A stretch of 64,000 nt of DNA from Malacoraja senta. Its lineage: Eukaryota. A program made the translations under genes and the position numbers. Below are positions 12,385 to 26,479 of this stretch, one piece after another. Below the pieces are notes generated by a model that saw only the letters and a program-made list of their open reading frames with translations, searched no databases and was not told the origin of the DNA. Where the stretch lies: the NCBI GenBank assembly GCA_038087875.1, contig CM075988.1, positions 27,654,001-27,718,000 on the forward strand, given 5' to 3'. Numbering within the stretch: position 1 is the stretch's first letter; every line of letters starts with the position of its first letter.

Positions 12385-13100
12385 AAAAAGGACAAAGTGC
12401 TCGAGTAACTGGCGGTGGTGGTGGTGGGGGGGGGGGTGTGGGGAAGAAAGCTAGATGAGAGATAGGGAAACAGGACAAAGCCTGGCAAGTGTTAGATGAA
12501 AGATAGACACTTCTGGAGAGAAGGAATGGGTGAGGTTTCGGGTTGAGACCCTTATTCAGATTGATGAAGAAGTGTTAGATGGATACAGGTGACGAGGGTT
12601 TTGATAGGTTGGACAAAGGCCAGAGATGAAAAGACTGGTGAGAAAGAGATAGAAAGGTTGTGAATTGTGAAACCTGAGGAAGGAATGTAGGTGGAACGGG
12701 AAGAAGAGGGGAGAAATGGGTGCAAATCGAGGTGGGAGGAGAGAAGTGTGGGGGGGGGGACATGAAAAGTTGTCTTAAATTGTAGAATTCACTGTTCATA
12801 CCTTTTGGGTTATAAGCTAGCTAAGTGGAATATGAGGTGCAGATCCTCTACTTTGCATTGGCCTCACTTTGGCAATGGAGAAGGCCCAGGGCAGGAAGGT
12901 CAGTATGGGATGAGAAGAGGAGTTAAAATGGTTAGCAACCGGGAGGTGCGCTAGGCCTTGGCGAACTGAGCACGTGTTTGCCGAGTCTATGCTTGGTCTC
13001 ACTGATGTAAAATGGGTCGCATTGTGAACACCAGAGACAGATGAGGTCAAGGAGGTGGGCATGAACCTCTGTCTCACCTGGATTGCGAAGAGGCACATCT
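12385..13100 (-). mobile_element. Penelope-like element 3' fragment (degenerate GIY-YIG endonuclease, 3' UTR)
   Basis: Translation includes SVRQGLAHLPVANHFNSSSH; contains an extra terminal cassette at 12499-12569 flanked by AAGTGTTAGATG. Confidence 0.8.
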
Positions 13101-13124
13101 GGTCTAAATTAGATGCTTAGGTGG

Positions 13125-13915
13125 ATAGATGTTCGGCAGGTGAAACCGAGTAGCAAAAAGAGACAGCGATGTATCACTCCAGGATGAACTTGGTGCTTTC
13201 TATGCTCACTTTGAAAGGGAGAACGGTGATGTATCTTCATAAGCCCTCAGATCCCTTAAGGACACGGTTCTCGGTCTCTGATGCCGACGTCTGACGATCC
13301 TTCTTGAGGTGAACCCTGGAAAATGACTGGCCCTGGGTGTACCTAGCTGTGTTCTTACTGCCTGCACAAACCAATTAGCTGGAGTTTCTATGGACGTCAT
13401 CAACCTCTCAATACTATGGTCTGAGGTCCCCACTAGCTTTAAGAAGATATCCATAATTCCAGTGCTTTAAAAGAGCTAGGTTACATGCCCCAATGACTAC
13501 AATCCGGCAACACTTGTGTCCATTGTGATGAAGTGTTTTGAAAAGTTGGTTATGACACAAATCTACTCCTGCCATTTCTACCCATTTCAATATGTTTATC
13601 ATCATAACAGATGGATGGAGGGTGATTTTGTTGTCTTCCACTCTGTGTGGACCACTTGGACAGCAGGAATGTTGGGCTGTTGTTTATCGATTACAGCTTT
13701 GTGTTCAACACCATCACCCCTTCCAAACCTGTTGTCAAATTCAGAGAATTGTACCTCTGCTCCTCCCTATGTAATTGCATCTTCAACGTTCACACTGACC
13801 TCAATCAGTTTGAATTCGCAACAGCATCTCTTCCTCACTAACCAGGAGCACCTCAAGGCTGTGTGCTCAGTTCCCTGCTCTACAATCTCTATATCTATGA
13901 CCAGTTGTGTCTAGG
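13125..13915 (+). mobile_element. Decayed Rex1/Babar LINE RT fragment
   Basis: SIVMKCFEKLV, DHLDSRN-VGLLFIDYSFVFNTITPSK; homologous to 61240-63163. Confidence 0.8.
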
Positions 13916-14429
13916 TAAAATGGTGCTCGTATGCATATTGTTCCTTGCTTTTGGTGTCTAATGTAGATTGTCGTCCTATAAGCTGTTTGAAATGTGAGGG
14001 TCTAATTAATACATTTTATATTTAATTAGTAAACATTTTGTAATATTAAAAAATCTAAACGTTTAAAAATCTAGTTAACTTTTTAGAGGTGTCTATATGC
14101 CATACAGATGCATACCATCACAAAAAAGTATTGCCCATGGCTGTGTAGACCTTCGCTGCTCTAATGCTATCTTTAAATTTACCAAAGGTGTCACATTATT
14201 GGAAGAATAGTTAGGAGTCAAGATTAATTTGGAAGACAAGTCGGAGTCATCAGCTTAACGATGGTGGAGAGAGTCAATGTTTAAGTTCCAGGGCACACGC
14301 ATCTATGATGATCTGTTCTGGGCCCTGCACATTAATGCAATTACATAGAAAACTGTCCAATGTCCGATTTGCTCAGTATTACCCAATATTATTATCGAAC
14401 TTCTAAGTATGTATAGGATGTACTGATTG

Positions 14430-15530
14430 GTTTCTCTGCCCACTCATCTCTTCCCCTATCGAACCACTTCCTCTGCAACCCTAGGAATTGTAACATCTTT
14501 CCCTACACCATCTTCCAGGGACCGAAACAGACCTCCAGGTAAGATAGATGTAGACCCCTCTGTGAGTATTTGGTTTGCCAAGCACCTGTGCTTTTTCCAC
14601 CGTGGCCACCTTCAGTTCCCAGTTGCAAGGTATTTTAATGCCTTTTCTCATTCCAATAATGTTGTCTGACCTTGGCCACCTCCACAGCCAGGTTAAGTTC
14701 AAAAATTGACTAGTGGTACAGCACCTCATATTCTGTCTGGGCAATCCCCAACCTGATGGAATGACCATTCAATTCTTCAATTTCAGGTTATCTGCTTCCC
14801 TTCTGATTGGGTGAACATTGGGGAACATTAGAGGAAGATGACTGACTTTGGTGCCTTCCCTCACAGTGGCTAACTTTGATTCTGCTGTGTGGGGATGTTT
14901 TATGTTGAACTCTATCGTGTGTTGTGTTCTTTATTTTTATTGTATGGCTGTATGGTGACCACACATTTCACTGTGCCAACTGGCACATGTGACAAATAAA
15001 TGTATCTTGTATCTTCTGTCCCTTTCACTCTCCATCCGATTCACCCAGATTCTCTCACACAATCCTTCTCCCCAGTCCTCTAACAGCCAGTTTCTTTCCT
15101 CTCTCCCATTTATTCCACCTGCTCATTACCCATACATCAATCACACTGGGTTCCTAGCTCTTCCCCACGGTTGCTATTGGCTCACCATCGCTCCCTTATT
15201 TCGTTCCACTAACTTTTTTACCAGATTTCATAATCTGCAGCTTTGTTTTTTGTCGCCTCATCGTTTCCAGCCTCTTTCGCTATCACTGGTCTTACCAACA
15301 TCATCTGACCCTTCAGCCAATCAACTGCTCTTCTACATTTACCCATCGTTTGCTAGCTCTTGCCCCACCCCTCCCTGTTATCGCTTTAATTGGCTATCTC
15401 CCCTCTAATCTTTCAGTCTACATCTCAACATGAAAAGTTAACTGTCCATTTCGCTCCACAAACACTGCCTGGCCTGTTGAGTTCCTCCAGCAGTGTTTTT
15501 TGTGTCAAATTCCCCATTTACAGTCCCCTA
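14430..15530 (+). mobile_element. Penelope-like element 3' fragment with decayed terminal cassette
   Basis: GIY-YIG C-terminal remnants (cagcacctcatattctgtctgggc...ggaatgaccattcaattc), pyrimidine-rich UTR, terminal cassette at ~15415-15525. Confidence 0.7.
14815..15015 (+). mobile_element. SINE-like 3' fragment nested in Penelope
   Basis: tgccttccctcacagtg ... tgacaaataaa + tatcttgtatctt tail, same family as 10471-11149. Confidence 0.65.
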
Positions 15531-17449
15531 CCCTACTCATTCTCTCCTTAAATACAGACCTATCATCACTGCATTTCCTCTAAACAAGTGATTTTCTGCA
15601 TATGGTGAGAATAGATTCTAGCAAAGACTACATTATCCGGGCCATAGGAGGGAGTCAACTTTGCGGAAGACTGCAGTTAAATCAAAGAATTGAGCGATAG
15701 TTTACTTCAGTGAATGATGGCCTAAAAAGTCATTTATTACTGGGTGCTATTTTGATACTATGGCAGCACTGGAAACCACATTGATGGGGCAGCCGATTAG
15801 CAAGGTTAATGGAATCAAGAGTTTGATTTTTTTTTTAAATGGTTGTAGATTTAAAAGTGGGAGAACAATACTGAGGGATAGAAATCATTAATAAAAAGTT
15901 TACATTCAGGAAGAGAAATTGGTAATTAAGTTTGGTTGGAATAGGATCAAATGTAGGTCCCCTGGTTCATGTGGACAACCTGAAATTAAACAATCAAGAG
16001 ATGAGATGGAAGCTAGAAAAAGGAAATGGAGAACTTTGTTCCCAGTCATGCTGTAAATCTGAATCTGCTCATTATATTCCACTTTATAATGTCTTTCTAC
16101 TGAGGTTGTTAACTTTAATGTTGGCTTCATTCTTGAGAGTAAATTGGGAATTTCAGAAATGAAGTTCAACATGCAAGCAGATAACGTGCAATTAGTATAG
16201 TGACTGAGAACAAACTTTATATGCTGTTATTTCTTGCCCAGTGCAGCAAAAAACATTTGGGAGGATTTAGGTCTGTCAAGCAATAGGAAGGGAAGTAAGC
16301 GGCATATGAGTGAACAGTTTTTTCTTTGCAACTAAAAATTATCACTGAAGATGAAGGTGTAGATGGTGGGGTATGTAATCCAAGTCATTTTGTGAAGAGG
16401 AAAAGCCAGGAATTATGTTTGGATTCTCAGCCAATCATTGGATAATTAAGTGAATTAGCAGGATTGCGAAGAACAGGATTTGCTAATGCTCATATATTGT
16501 TCAGCTAAACCTGCCGACAGCTTAATGAAAGTTTCCCTCAAATATGTAATATTGCTTATCTTTTCTCTCTCTCCACAGCTGCTACCTGACCTGCATTACT
16601 GGCATTTTCTTTTTCTGTTACAACCTCTTACTATTATTATATAGGAGAAAAGATCGGGGGGGGCATAATATGGTTAAAATGAGAGCAAGAGAGAATATTT
16701 TAATATTGAAATTAATAAAAGTAAACGAGTAGATGCAGGTTAGTAGCAATGGAAAGTTCCTGATGATTGGGTGAAAAACTAGGTAGTTGGAAGTTTGACA
16801 CTGCAGTTATAAGAGATTTAAATATTTTTCTGGGAGAAGATAGTGAAGAAATAGTGGCTGTATGGAGAATGAAGCAAGGAAATGATTTGAAATTGTCTCA
16901 TTTGTAATAATTAGAATACGGGAGTAAAGGCCCCGTGACATAGTGGGAACAAAGAGCTGGCTATGATTATGGATATGGAGGAGATTGTATTCCGGGAAAA
17001 GAGGGGGAGGGTAGTGAATTCTGAGGAAGAAGATGGCTTGACGGTGCAGAAAGGTCTTTTAGATTTTTAGAAGCGGGTTTTTTGCAGGGGGGAAGCTCTA
17101 CAAATTACATCCCGTGAACAAATATCTTGCAGAAAGACAATTAGAGTAGTATGTTTACACTGATGTCGAAATCTTTCAGTGCACAAATCAGTATCATAAA
17201 AACACAGATGAGCTTAAAATAGTAAGACTGCAGTGAATATATGGTGATGCAGATGAGACTAGTTATGAGATGGGATGAAAGGTGAAGGATAGGAAAAGAT
17301 GTAACTTGCTGTCAAGCTTTAACTTTGTTAGTGTTGTTTATGAGAATGCAAAGCATTAAAAGGAAGCAAGGGGATTAGAATAACTAATAGACCTTGATGA
17401 AAGAAATTTCACAAAGAGGGGAAATTTAAAAAAAGGAAGGTGTGGTGGG

Positions 17450-17785
17450 ATCATAGAAATTAACATCACAGAGGAGGTCATTCAGTTCATTATGTCCACT
17501 CTGGATCAATAAAACGATTTACAGGTATTTAGGCTAATCCCTACTTTCCACCTTTCCATCCGTAGCCCTGAAGGTTTCGGAATGTTAAATACTAATTCTG
17601 GTGTTTTAAAAATGTATTGAGGATTTCTGCCTGCACTATCGTCATAGGCAGATAAATTCCAGACATTAGCCACTCCCTTAAATACTCTTACCATTTCTCC
17701 TAAACCTTTAGCTCCCTAGTTTATTAACTTCTCCATTGAAATAAAGTAGGTTTGAGCTGTGTTGATCTTTAATAATTTTATGCAA
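17450..17785 (-). mobile_element. Old CR1 3' fragment
   Basis: catagaaatt...ggaggtcattcag and aattccagacattagccactc are reverse CR1 3' motifs. Confidence 0.5.
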
Positions 17786-19204
17786 GTGCGCTGTCTCGGA
17801 AAGGTTGTTCAGCAGTGATCATGGATTGATAACATCACGGAGCTTGATTCAACATTATTCAACAAGGGATACGAATGATTGTAACAGTAAGAATGGTGCA
17901 TGAAAAAATGAAGATCTTGTCAAATTTGATTCTGTGCCAATTGTCTAGGTGAACACTAGCGCTGTAGTACAGGCTATGGAAGAGTCAGGTTTCATTGACA
18001 GCTTCTCAATTTCTACATTTAATTTGCATAGCAGTTGCTAGCCGTTTCACATAATAGCGCTATGATACTGTCAAGTTGAACATGTATGGAAAGAATCTAC
18101 ATTTTGGATTTGCATATGTTAAATATATTTTGTATGAAGAGGTTATCTTTAAGAACTGGTTGTTATCATGTGGTATGTTTCCAGTACATTGTTGTAGCTT
18201 GGTTGAGAGTAACTGCCTTCAATAAAGGATATTTTGTTTATGGTTTTACCTTATTTATTTGCTTATCAATGCACAGGAAGCTACAGACACTGCAGCTTCC
18301 TATTTCCTGGATAAATACAGGTGCAAAACAGATAAGATGAACTTTCTGACTTAATACAAAGGGATAGTATGGGAAGCTTCTCAATAATGTGTAACTCGTC
18401 TCAAGAGAATATCATGTTCCTGCTTACTATTGGATTACCTTGTATAAATATCCATCCTCATTTGGTAACATTCAATTTAACAATACCCCCTTAAATAGTG
18501 ACAATATATTGATGTGATTGTTTGATATTCTAGTTTTGTGTTTAAATCTACTGGTATGGTACTGAGCCATAAGGATGGGAAAGTATCAAATATTATCAAG
18601 GTGGTGAGCTAGGTGATCATTGTCTGACAATAGAAGGGTAGCTGAATGGTCCATATCAGGACAACCAGTCAACATTTCAAATTTTAGGAAGTACACAGTT
18701 CTACTTGTGTTCAGATGTCAGATGGTATAGTGTAAACAGTATTTTACTGGTTGGTTGCACAACTAACTTAACCACCTGAAAAGAGAATTAGACCAGTGTT
18801 GATTTGGAGGGGGTTTGATAGATTGCAGATAAGTTGATAGATTGCGGATAGCTTGAGGGGCCACTGAAAGAGATGGGTTCGGCTAGGACGGATTGAACCT
18901 GGAGTCGGGGGTGGTTGCTCAACATTTCCTTATGACATGGAAGGAGGCTATTTCAGCCCTGAGTCTATTCAAGGACAATGTGAAATTGAAGTTGTGCCAA
19001 TTATATTGGAGATCATGCAGTTGGGCCAGAGTCCTGGGATTGGTGGTAGTCAGAGTCATGATTGGGTGCCTAAATGATATTATCAATGAAAGGGGTGGGT
19101 TGCTGATAGAAACTAACACCAAGTAAAATTATGAAAACAAATTTCTGCAAGAAGATCCATGCATTATTCTCCCCGGCCATGTGCCTGGTAAGGTTAGATC
19201 TTAT

Positions 19205-19930
19205 TACTCATACAGTCATACAGCTTGGAAATGGGCACTTTGGCTCAACTTTCCCATTCCGACCAAAATACCCCATCTAAGCTAGTCCCATTTGGTCCTT
19301 GTCCCTCTAGACCTTTCCAATCCAAGTACCTGTCTAAGTGTCTTTTAAATGTTCTTGTACCTGCCTCAAATAGCTTCTGGCAGCTCGTTCCATATACTCA
19401 CCACCCTCTGTTTGAAAAGGTTACCCTTTGGGTTCCTATTAAATCTTTCCCCTCTCATCTTAAACCTGTGAGCTCTGGCTCTTGATTTATCCTACCTTGG
19501 GTAAAAGACTGTTTATTCACCCTATCATTCCCCTTATGTATTCAAGCACCTCTATAAGATCACCCCTTAGCCTCCTGCTGTACAAGGAATAAACTCCCAG
19601 ATTGCCCAACCTCTCCCTATAGCTCAGGCCGTCGAGTCCTGGCAACATCCTTGTAACAGTTCTCTGCACTCTGTCCAGTTTAATGCTATCTTTCATATAG
19701 CAGAGTGAAAAACTGAGTGCAATACTCCACGTGTGGCCTCAACAACATCTTGTACAACTTATTGTAACATCCGAATTTGTGTCGTCAGTGCCCTCACTGA
19801 AGGCCAATGTATCAAATGGCTTATTTACCATCCTGTTTACTTGTGATGCCATTTTCAGGGAACTACATGTGTACACCTAGACCTTTCTGCTCCACAACAC
19901 TCACCAGAGCGCTATCATTCAGCGTGAAGT
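19205..19930 (-). mobile_element. CR1-type LINE 3' fragment
   Basis: Colinear with the CR1 at 561-1096/5029-5251. Confidence 0.85.
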
Positions 19931-20089
19931 TCGCTGTGAAGAGAATGTTTTTAATTAAAATTTTCATGTAGCATTAGAAAATTGTTGTGCCACCTTTTAT
20001 CCCTTCACACTTAAAAAAAGACATCTTCAATATAAATGTTACTACGAGTAGCTAAATTGTAAATTTTGTTTTTAAACATTGGAAATAAA

Positions 20090-20680
20090 AAAACACTACA
20101 AATGTTGGAAAGCTGAAATGAAAACATAGTAGTAGAAATACTCAACAGTTCAGGCAACATTAAACAGAGAGAGAGAATTAATGTTTCAGGTTAGTAATCT
20201 TTTTTTTATCAGAAGTGGAGAAATGTGATAACAAATGTGTTTTAAGTTGCAGGGAGGGGAAAGGCTATAGATAAGGAAGGGAATGTCTGTGATAGGTGGA
20301 AACCAAGGTTGCCCAGACGACACCATGCTTCTGGAGCCAGGCCAGTTAGTTGGAGAATTGGAGGAAGAATAAATATAAACAAAATAACATTGGAACCTAA
20401 TGAAGCAGAACGATAGTAGTGGAAGTCTGAAGTAAAAGTCCGAAATATCCAGCATATCATCTACAGAGAGAAAAACTGAGTGAAGTTGGAAAACCTTGCA
20501 TCAGAACTGCCCATTCTCACAAAAAAAGGAAAAGGTGGTATCTGAAATCATTGGATTTATTACCAAGACCTGAGGGCTGCAGTGGACCCAAGGCTGAAGA
20601 TAAGATATCGTTCCTCAAATGCGTTTCTCTCTCCGGAGAATGCTAACGTATCTGTTGAATATTTGCAGCACTTGTTTTGT
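20090..20680 (-). mobile_element. Old Penelope-like fragments
   Basis: Reverse terminal-cassette remnants (aaatactcaacagttcaggcaacat) and GIY-YIG end (aagataagatatcgttcctc). Confidence 0.5.
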
Positions 20681-21586
20681 TACCATTTTAAACAGCTTTC
20701 CAATTGACTGACATTGGATCTGTTGAAGGTCAGTATCCTCTGAGAGATATCTTTTGTACATAGCAACTTGCTGGATTTGTATATATACATTTGTTCATAT
20801 TGCACAATTTCACAAATTGCTTCATTTTATTTGCTTGATGTAATCTTGTGTGTAGATTTAAAGCAAAGAGAGTGCCGCACTTCCAATGTTAAGAGTGACT
20901 GTAGTTCAGAAATACCTATATCTTGCAATGGTTTAGGTCATGCCAAGGTTGTGAAACTCAATGTATAAACGCAAGCCTTTTTGTTTAAATAGTAATTTTA
21001 GAACAAAATTATTCAGGCTATAAGTAGAATGATCTTGAATTTATAAATTACTAGACCAGGTGCGACCCATTGGGCCCCATTCCCCCAACGCAATACTCCA
21101 CCACTCACCCGTTCCCCAATGCAATCCGTTACGCCAACGCAATATTCCACCACTCACCCATAGCCCCCAACTGCGCAGGTGTGACTCATTTCCCCTCATC
21201 CCCCAGCACTCCCTCCCTCTGCTTCACCCTCCCTCTTCTTTCCCCTCCTCCTCTCCCCACTCCCTCCCTCACCTCTCCATCCCTCTCCTTTCCCCTACCC
21301 TCAGTCACTCCCTCCCTCCCTTCATAACCCCTCTACCATCCCTATCCCCTTCTCTCCTCTATCTCCCTGCTCCCCCACTACTCCCCTATCCCACTCCCCC
21401 ACTAAACACAATGTTAAAATAACATCTCTCCTCACGTTCCCCACTCACTCCCTCTCCTTACAACAATGTAACAATCTCTCTTCCACTGTGAGTCCTGTCT
21501 CCCCCACTTCCCCTCTCTCCTACAACAATGTGACAAATCTCTCATTGCACTGGGTGTTCTGTCATTTGGTAACATTGTAACAGGCA

Positions 21587-22385
21587 GGGGGGGGTGAGAG
21601 AGGGGGGGGGGTGAGAGAGGGGGGGGTGAGAGAGGGGGGGGGGTGAGAGAGGGGGGGGGGTGAGAGAGGGGGGGGGTGAGAGAGGGGGGGGGGTGAGAGA
21701 GGGGGGGTGAGAGAGGGGGGGGGTGAGAGAGGGGGGGGGGTGAGAGAGGGGGGGGTGAGAGAGGGGGGGGGGTGAGAGAGGGGGGGGGTGAGAGAGGGGG
21801 GGGGGTGAGAGAGGGGGGGGGTGAGAGAGGGGGGGGGGTGAGAGAGGGGGGGGGTGAGAGAGGGGGGGGTGAGAGAGGGGGGGGTGAGAGAGGGGGGGGG
21901 TGAGAGAGGGGGGGGGGGTGAGAGAGGGGGGGGTGAGAGAGGGGGGGGGTGAGAGAGGGGGGGGGTGAGAGAGGGGGGGGTGAGAGAGGGGGGGGGTGAG
22001 AGAGGGGGGGGGGTGAGAGAGGGGGGGTGAGAGAGGGGGGGTGAGAGAGAGGGGGGGTGAGAGAGGGGGGGGGTGAGAGAGGGGGGGGGTGAGAGAGGGG
22101 GGGGTGAGAGAGGGGGGGGTGAGAGAGGGGGGGGGGGGGTGAGAGAGGGGGGGGGTGAGAGAGAGGGGGTGGGGTGAGAGAGAGGGGGGGGGGTGAGAGA
22201 GAGGGGGGGGGTGAGAGAGAGGGGGGGGGGTGAGAGAGAGGGGGGGGGGTGAGAGAGAGGGGGGGGGTGAGAGAGGGGGGGGGGGTGAGAGAGGGGGGGG
22301 GGGTGAGAGAGGGGGGGGGGTGAGAGAGGGGGAGGGGGGTGAGAGAGGGGGGGGGTGAGAGAGGGGGGGGGGGTGAGAGAGGGGG
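21587..22385. repeat. G-rich minisatellite, (G)n-TGAGAGA units, ~800 bp
   Basis: Directly visible tandem array with variable G-run length. Confidence 0.97.
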
Positions 22386-22443
22386 AGGAGTGCGGCGGGG
22401 AGGGGCGCGGGGGCCCGATCGAGCCCAGAGCGATCTGAGGACC

Positions 22444-22475
22444 CAAAGATCCTATAGCGAGCTATAGGCTCTTTC
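22444..22475. mobile_element. 32-bp hAT-like micro-element
   Basis: CAAAGATCCTATAG-cgag-CTATAGGCTCTTTC; flanks ctgaggac(c) / ctgaagac. Confidence 0.6.
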
Positions 22476-22746
22476 CTGAAGACTGCCAAAAGCTTCCGCC
22501 AGCGTTACAGAGGATCGGGCCGGGGACACGGACATGGAGAGGAGGTCGGATAGAGAGGAGAGGGGGGGGAGAAGGTGAGAAGAGGAGGGAGGGGAGCCGA
22601 GCGAGTAAGTGGGCTGCGAACAGCGGAGAGAGACAGCACCGGCTTGACTCTCTGCAAACCGGCAGCTGAGTGAGGCAGGCGGGCAGGCGATGGGAGGGGC
22701 TGCACGGACAGCGAGAAAACTTCTTCAGCGCGTGGGCGCCTCTGAC

Positions 22747-22783
22747 CAAAGATCCTATAGTGGAGCTTGCTATAGGATCTTTG
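22747..22783. mobile_element. 37-bp hAT-like micro-element with perfect 8-bp TSD
   Basis: CAAAGATCCTATAG-tggagcttg-CTATAGGATCTTTG; CCTCTGAC at 22739-22746 and 22784-22791. Confidence 0.8.
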
Positions 22784-22807
22784 CCTCTGACCTGGCGATC
22801 TGCAGAA

Positions 22808-22845
22808 CAAAGATCCTATAGCGGAGCAGAGCTGTAGGATCTTTG
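22808..22845. mobile_element. 38-bp hAT-like micro-element
   Basis: CAAAGATCCTATAG-cggagcagag-CTGTAGGATCTTTG; flanks ctgcagaa / (tt)ctgtagaa. Confidence 0.6.
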
Positions 22846-23305
22846 TTCTGTAGAACTTTCTCGTTCTTTCTGCGCCTTTTGGGTGGGCTAACGGTATACC
22901 TCGTGGAAAACTGCGCATGTGCGTTGACAGCAGCTGCATTAATGCTGAGCGGCGGGGGGGGCCACGAGGAAAGGCATTGTGAGGTCAGCAGCTGGGCAAC
23001 CTTAATATTTTTTTAATATGTCAGTTTGGTTATAAATTTTAGTAAATATCTCGGGAAATAATTGACCAAATTTATAGAGGATTGGATTTTTGAAATCATA
23101 AGGAAAATTTCTACCAGAAGATGTGAAAATTTCACTGTTATTGTAACGTCAGCAGCTGGGCAGTGGTCAGATTTAAAAAAAAAGGTCAGATTGGTGAACA
23201 ATTTTAATAAAAAAGTCGGGAAAATAATGTACCAAATGTACAGAGGAGTGGATTTCTAAAATCACAAGGAAAATCTCTACTGAAATATGTAAAAATTTCC
23301 CCGTT

Positions 23306-24149
<844 letters not shown>

Positions 24150-24161
24150 ATATATGATATA

Positions 24162-25672
24162 CTAGACCAACTGGGAGCCGTTGGGTCCCTGTCATACGGG
24201 AGGCCTGGTCCCCCAAGGCAGTATTGGACCACTCACCCATAGCCCCCACGGGAAGCCTGGTCCCCCAACGCAACTCATTCCCCAAGGCAATATTACACAT
24301 CACTCACCCGTCTCCTCAATGCAACCCATTCCCCCAACGTAAGATTCCAGCCCTCACCCATAGCCCCCAACTGCGCAGGGGCTGCTCAGTTCGCCTTATT
24401 CAAAATGCAGTGTACTGTGACTTTAAAACCCTCCCTCCATGCTGCCAGGATTAATCAAAAAAGGGTTAGCAACATTTCTAGTGCTGACAGCCTGGCTGGA
24501 CTGAGTGTGCTGAGATTGCAACAATGTAGCAATTGTGACGTCAAAATAGCTGGACTGAGTGCCAAGATTTTAACAATGTAGCAATTGTGACATCATAGCT
24601 GCATAGTGAAATTTGTTCTTAAATCTTGACTTTTTAAGTTTAAAGATGTAAAATTTCTTGTGAATATAAGATCAATCTGAACAAAACTTTATAGGAATGC
24701 AAACGGGACAAAGGTGACCCGTTGGGCCCCTGTCGCACGAGAGGCCTAGTCCCCAACTCAACCTGTTCCCCAACACAATATTGCACCACTAACACGTAGC
24801 CCTCATGCGAGGCGTGGTCCCCCAACTCCACCCATTGCCAAATTGCTAAGATTCCAGCACTCCCCTGGCTCCTCCAGCAGTGGACTTAAAATAAAATTGC
24901 AATTGCATTTCCCCAATTGCAATACCAATTGACCCTCCCCCTGTTCTGCCAGGAGCTGGAGTAAGTGTTGTATGATGGCAACATTGTTGCAAATGTCAGG
25001 TGGAGGACTGTGATATCCCATTCAGGTGAAAAGTTGGTGGAAGCACGGAGTGTTCCTGTATTGCAACTTTGTATCGAAGTTTGTTGGAAGCTGGCAGGAA
25101 GGATTTTAACAGTAAAAATCTTGTTAAAGTTGGCTTTTTTTAAAAGCTTTTAATATCAATAATGTGAAATATAACATCAAATGTGAAGAAACTTGATACG
25201 AACGACCATGGGGGAAAAAGCAGAGTAAAATTTCTGCAAAAAATTTTGCGCTATTGTGTACCGTTTTGGCGTAGCTTCTGAGATCACAGTCAGACAGACA
25301 AACAAGTCGAGACTTTTAATAGTATAAGTTCAAGTTCACATTTATTGTCACGTGCACCAATTGATTGTACAGTGAGATTTGAGTTGCCATACAGCCATAC
25401 AAATAAAAAGAACACAATACACGACAGAATTTAACATAAACATCCACCACAGCGGAACCAGCGTTTCCTACTGTGATGGAAGGCAATAAAGTTCAGTCAT
25501 CTTCCTCGTTGTTCACCCGTGGTCGGGGCCATGAACCCTCCAGTCACCGCTACGGGTGGCCCGATGTACAGGCCCTCTCGCCGGGATGATCAAAACTCTG
25601 GCGTCGGAACAGATCGGAACACACGGCTTATAGCTTCCGAATCGGCCGCATCTTACCGGAGATATATATAGA
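24162..25672 (-). mobile_element. Non-autonomous Helitron (composite)
   Basis: 3' CTAG at 24162-24165 with hairpin gggagccgttgggtccc; 5' motif gagacttttaatagtata...tataGA matches other copies once the nested SINE is removed. Confidence 0.75.
25327..25662 (-). mobile_element. SINE-like retroposon nested in the Helitron 5' end
   Basis: Reverse tail aagttcaagttca + tttattgtca; ctgtgatggaaggcaa motif shared with 10471-11149. Confidence 0.75.
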
Positions 25673-26479
25673 TAACATATAATTAATTTAAGTATGGAAT
25701 TATCCTCTTGGTTTTGTTATAAGAAGAAAATGTAATTATGTTTAAGGTTTGAAGATCTTTGATTTATGTACATATTGGTTAAAGTAGACAGCTGTTCTGT
25801 TTAGGTTTGTGATTTCATTCTTTCCGTGGAGGATCGACAGTAACAAATTGGCTTTCTGAACAGTACATAGGATAGTGCTATCCATTGCAAATTTAATTCG
25901 TAATGGCTTGGATGTACATACGCAATGTTCCAACCATCCAGACAAGAACAAAAAGGTGATTAGATTGTGATGCATGAGAAATATTATTTGCCCACACAAA
26001 TCATTAAAGGACATGGAATGAACAGAACATTATTTCAGAAATCTATAGAAAAAGATCAGAACCAAACCTAATGAAATATGGCAAAGTAAGTCAAATGCTC
26101 TTTATAATGTTGTTTCCGTGTAATTTAAAGTAAAGGTAACTGGTACATTTCCTATATTACAATAGCAATACTATTTTAAAAATAATTAATTAATTGTCAA
26201 ATTCTTTAGAGCATCCCAATGTTGTGAAATGCAGTGTATAATTGAAGCCTTTTTGTTTTGCTACCCATGTCATTCTAGAATGTACAATCCTGAGAGCATT
26301 CAAACAAAGGCTTTGGGACAAGATAATATCTTGGCTGTAACATTATAAACCTGTCCTCCATAACAAGATGTGCCTCTGCCCGAATTGATCCAGTATCATT
26401 GCAATATTTGTGTCTCTGTGGCTATGGACAACTGCCCAGGATGACCCAATTATAAAAAAACTGGACAAATTCAATCAAG

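Noticed and set aside
21542..22489. Long Pro/Ser/Leu-rich ORFs
   Set aside because: Translations of the G-rich minisatellite, open in several frames.
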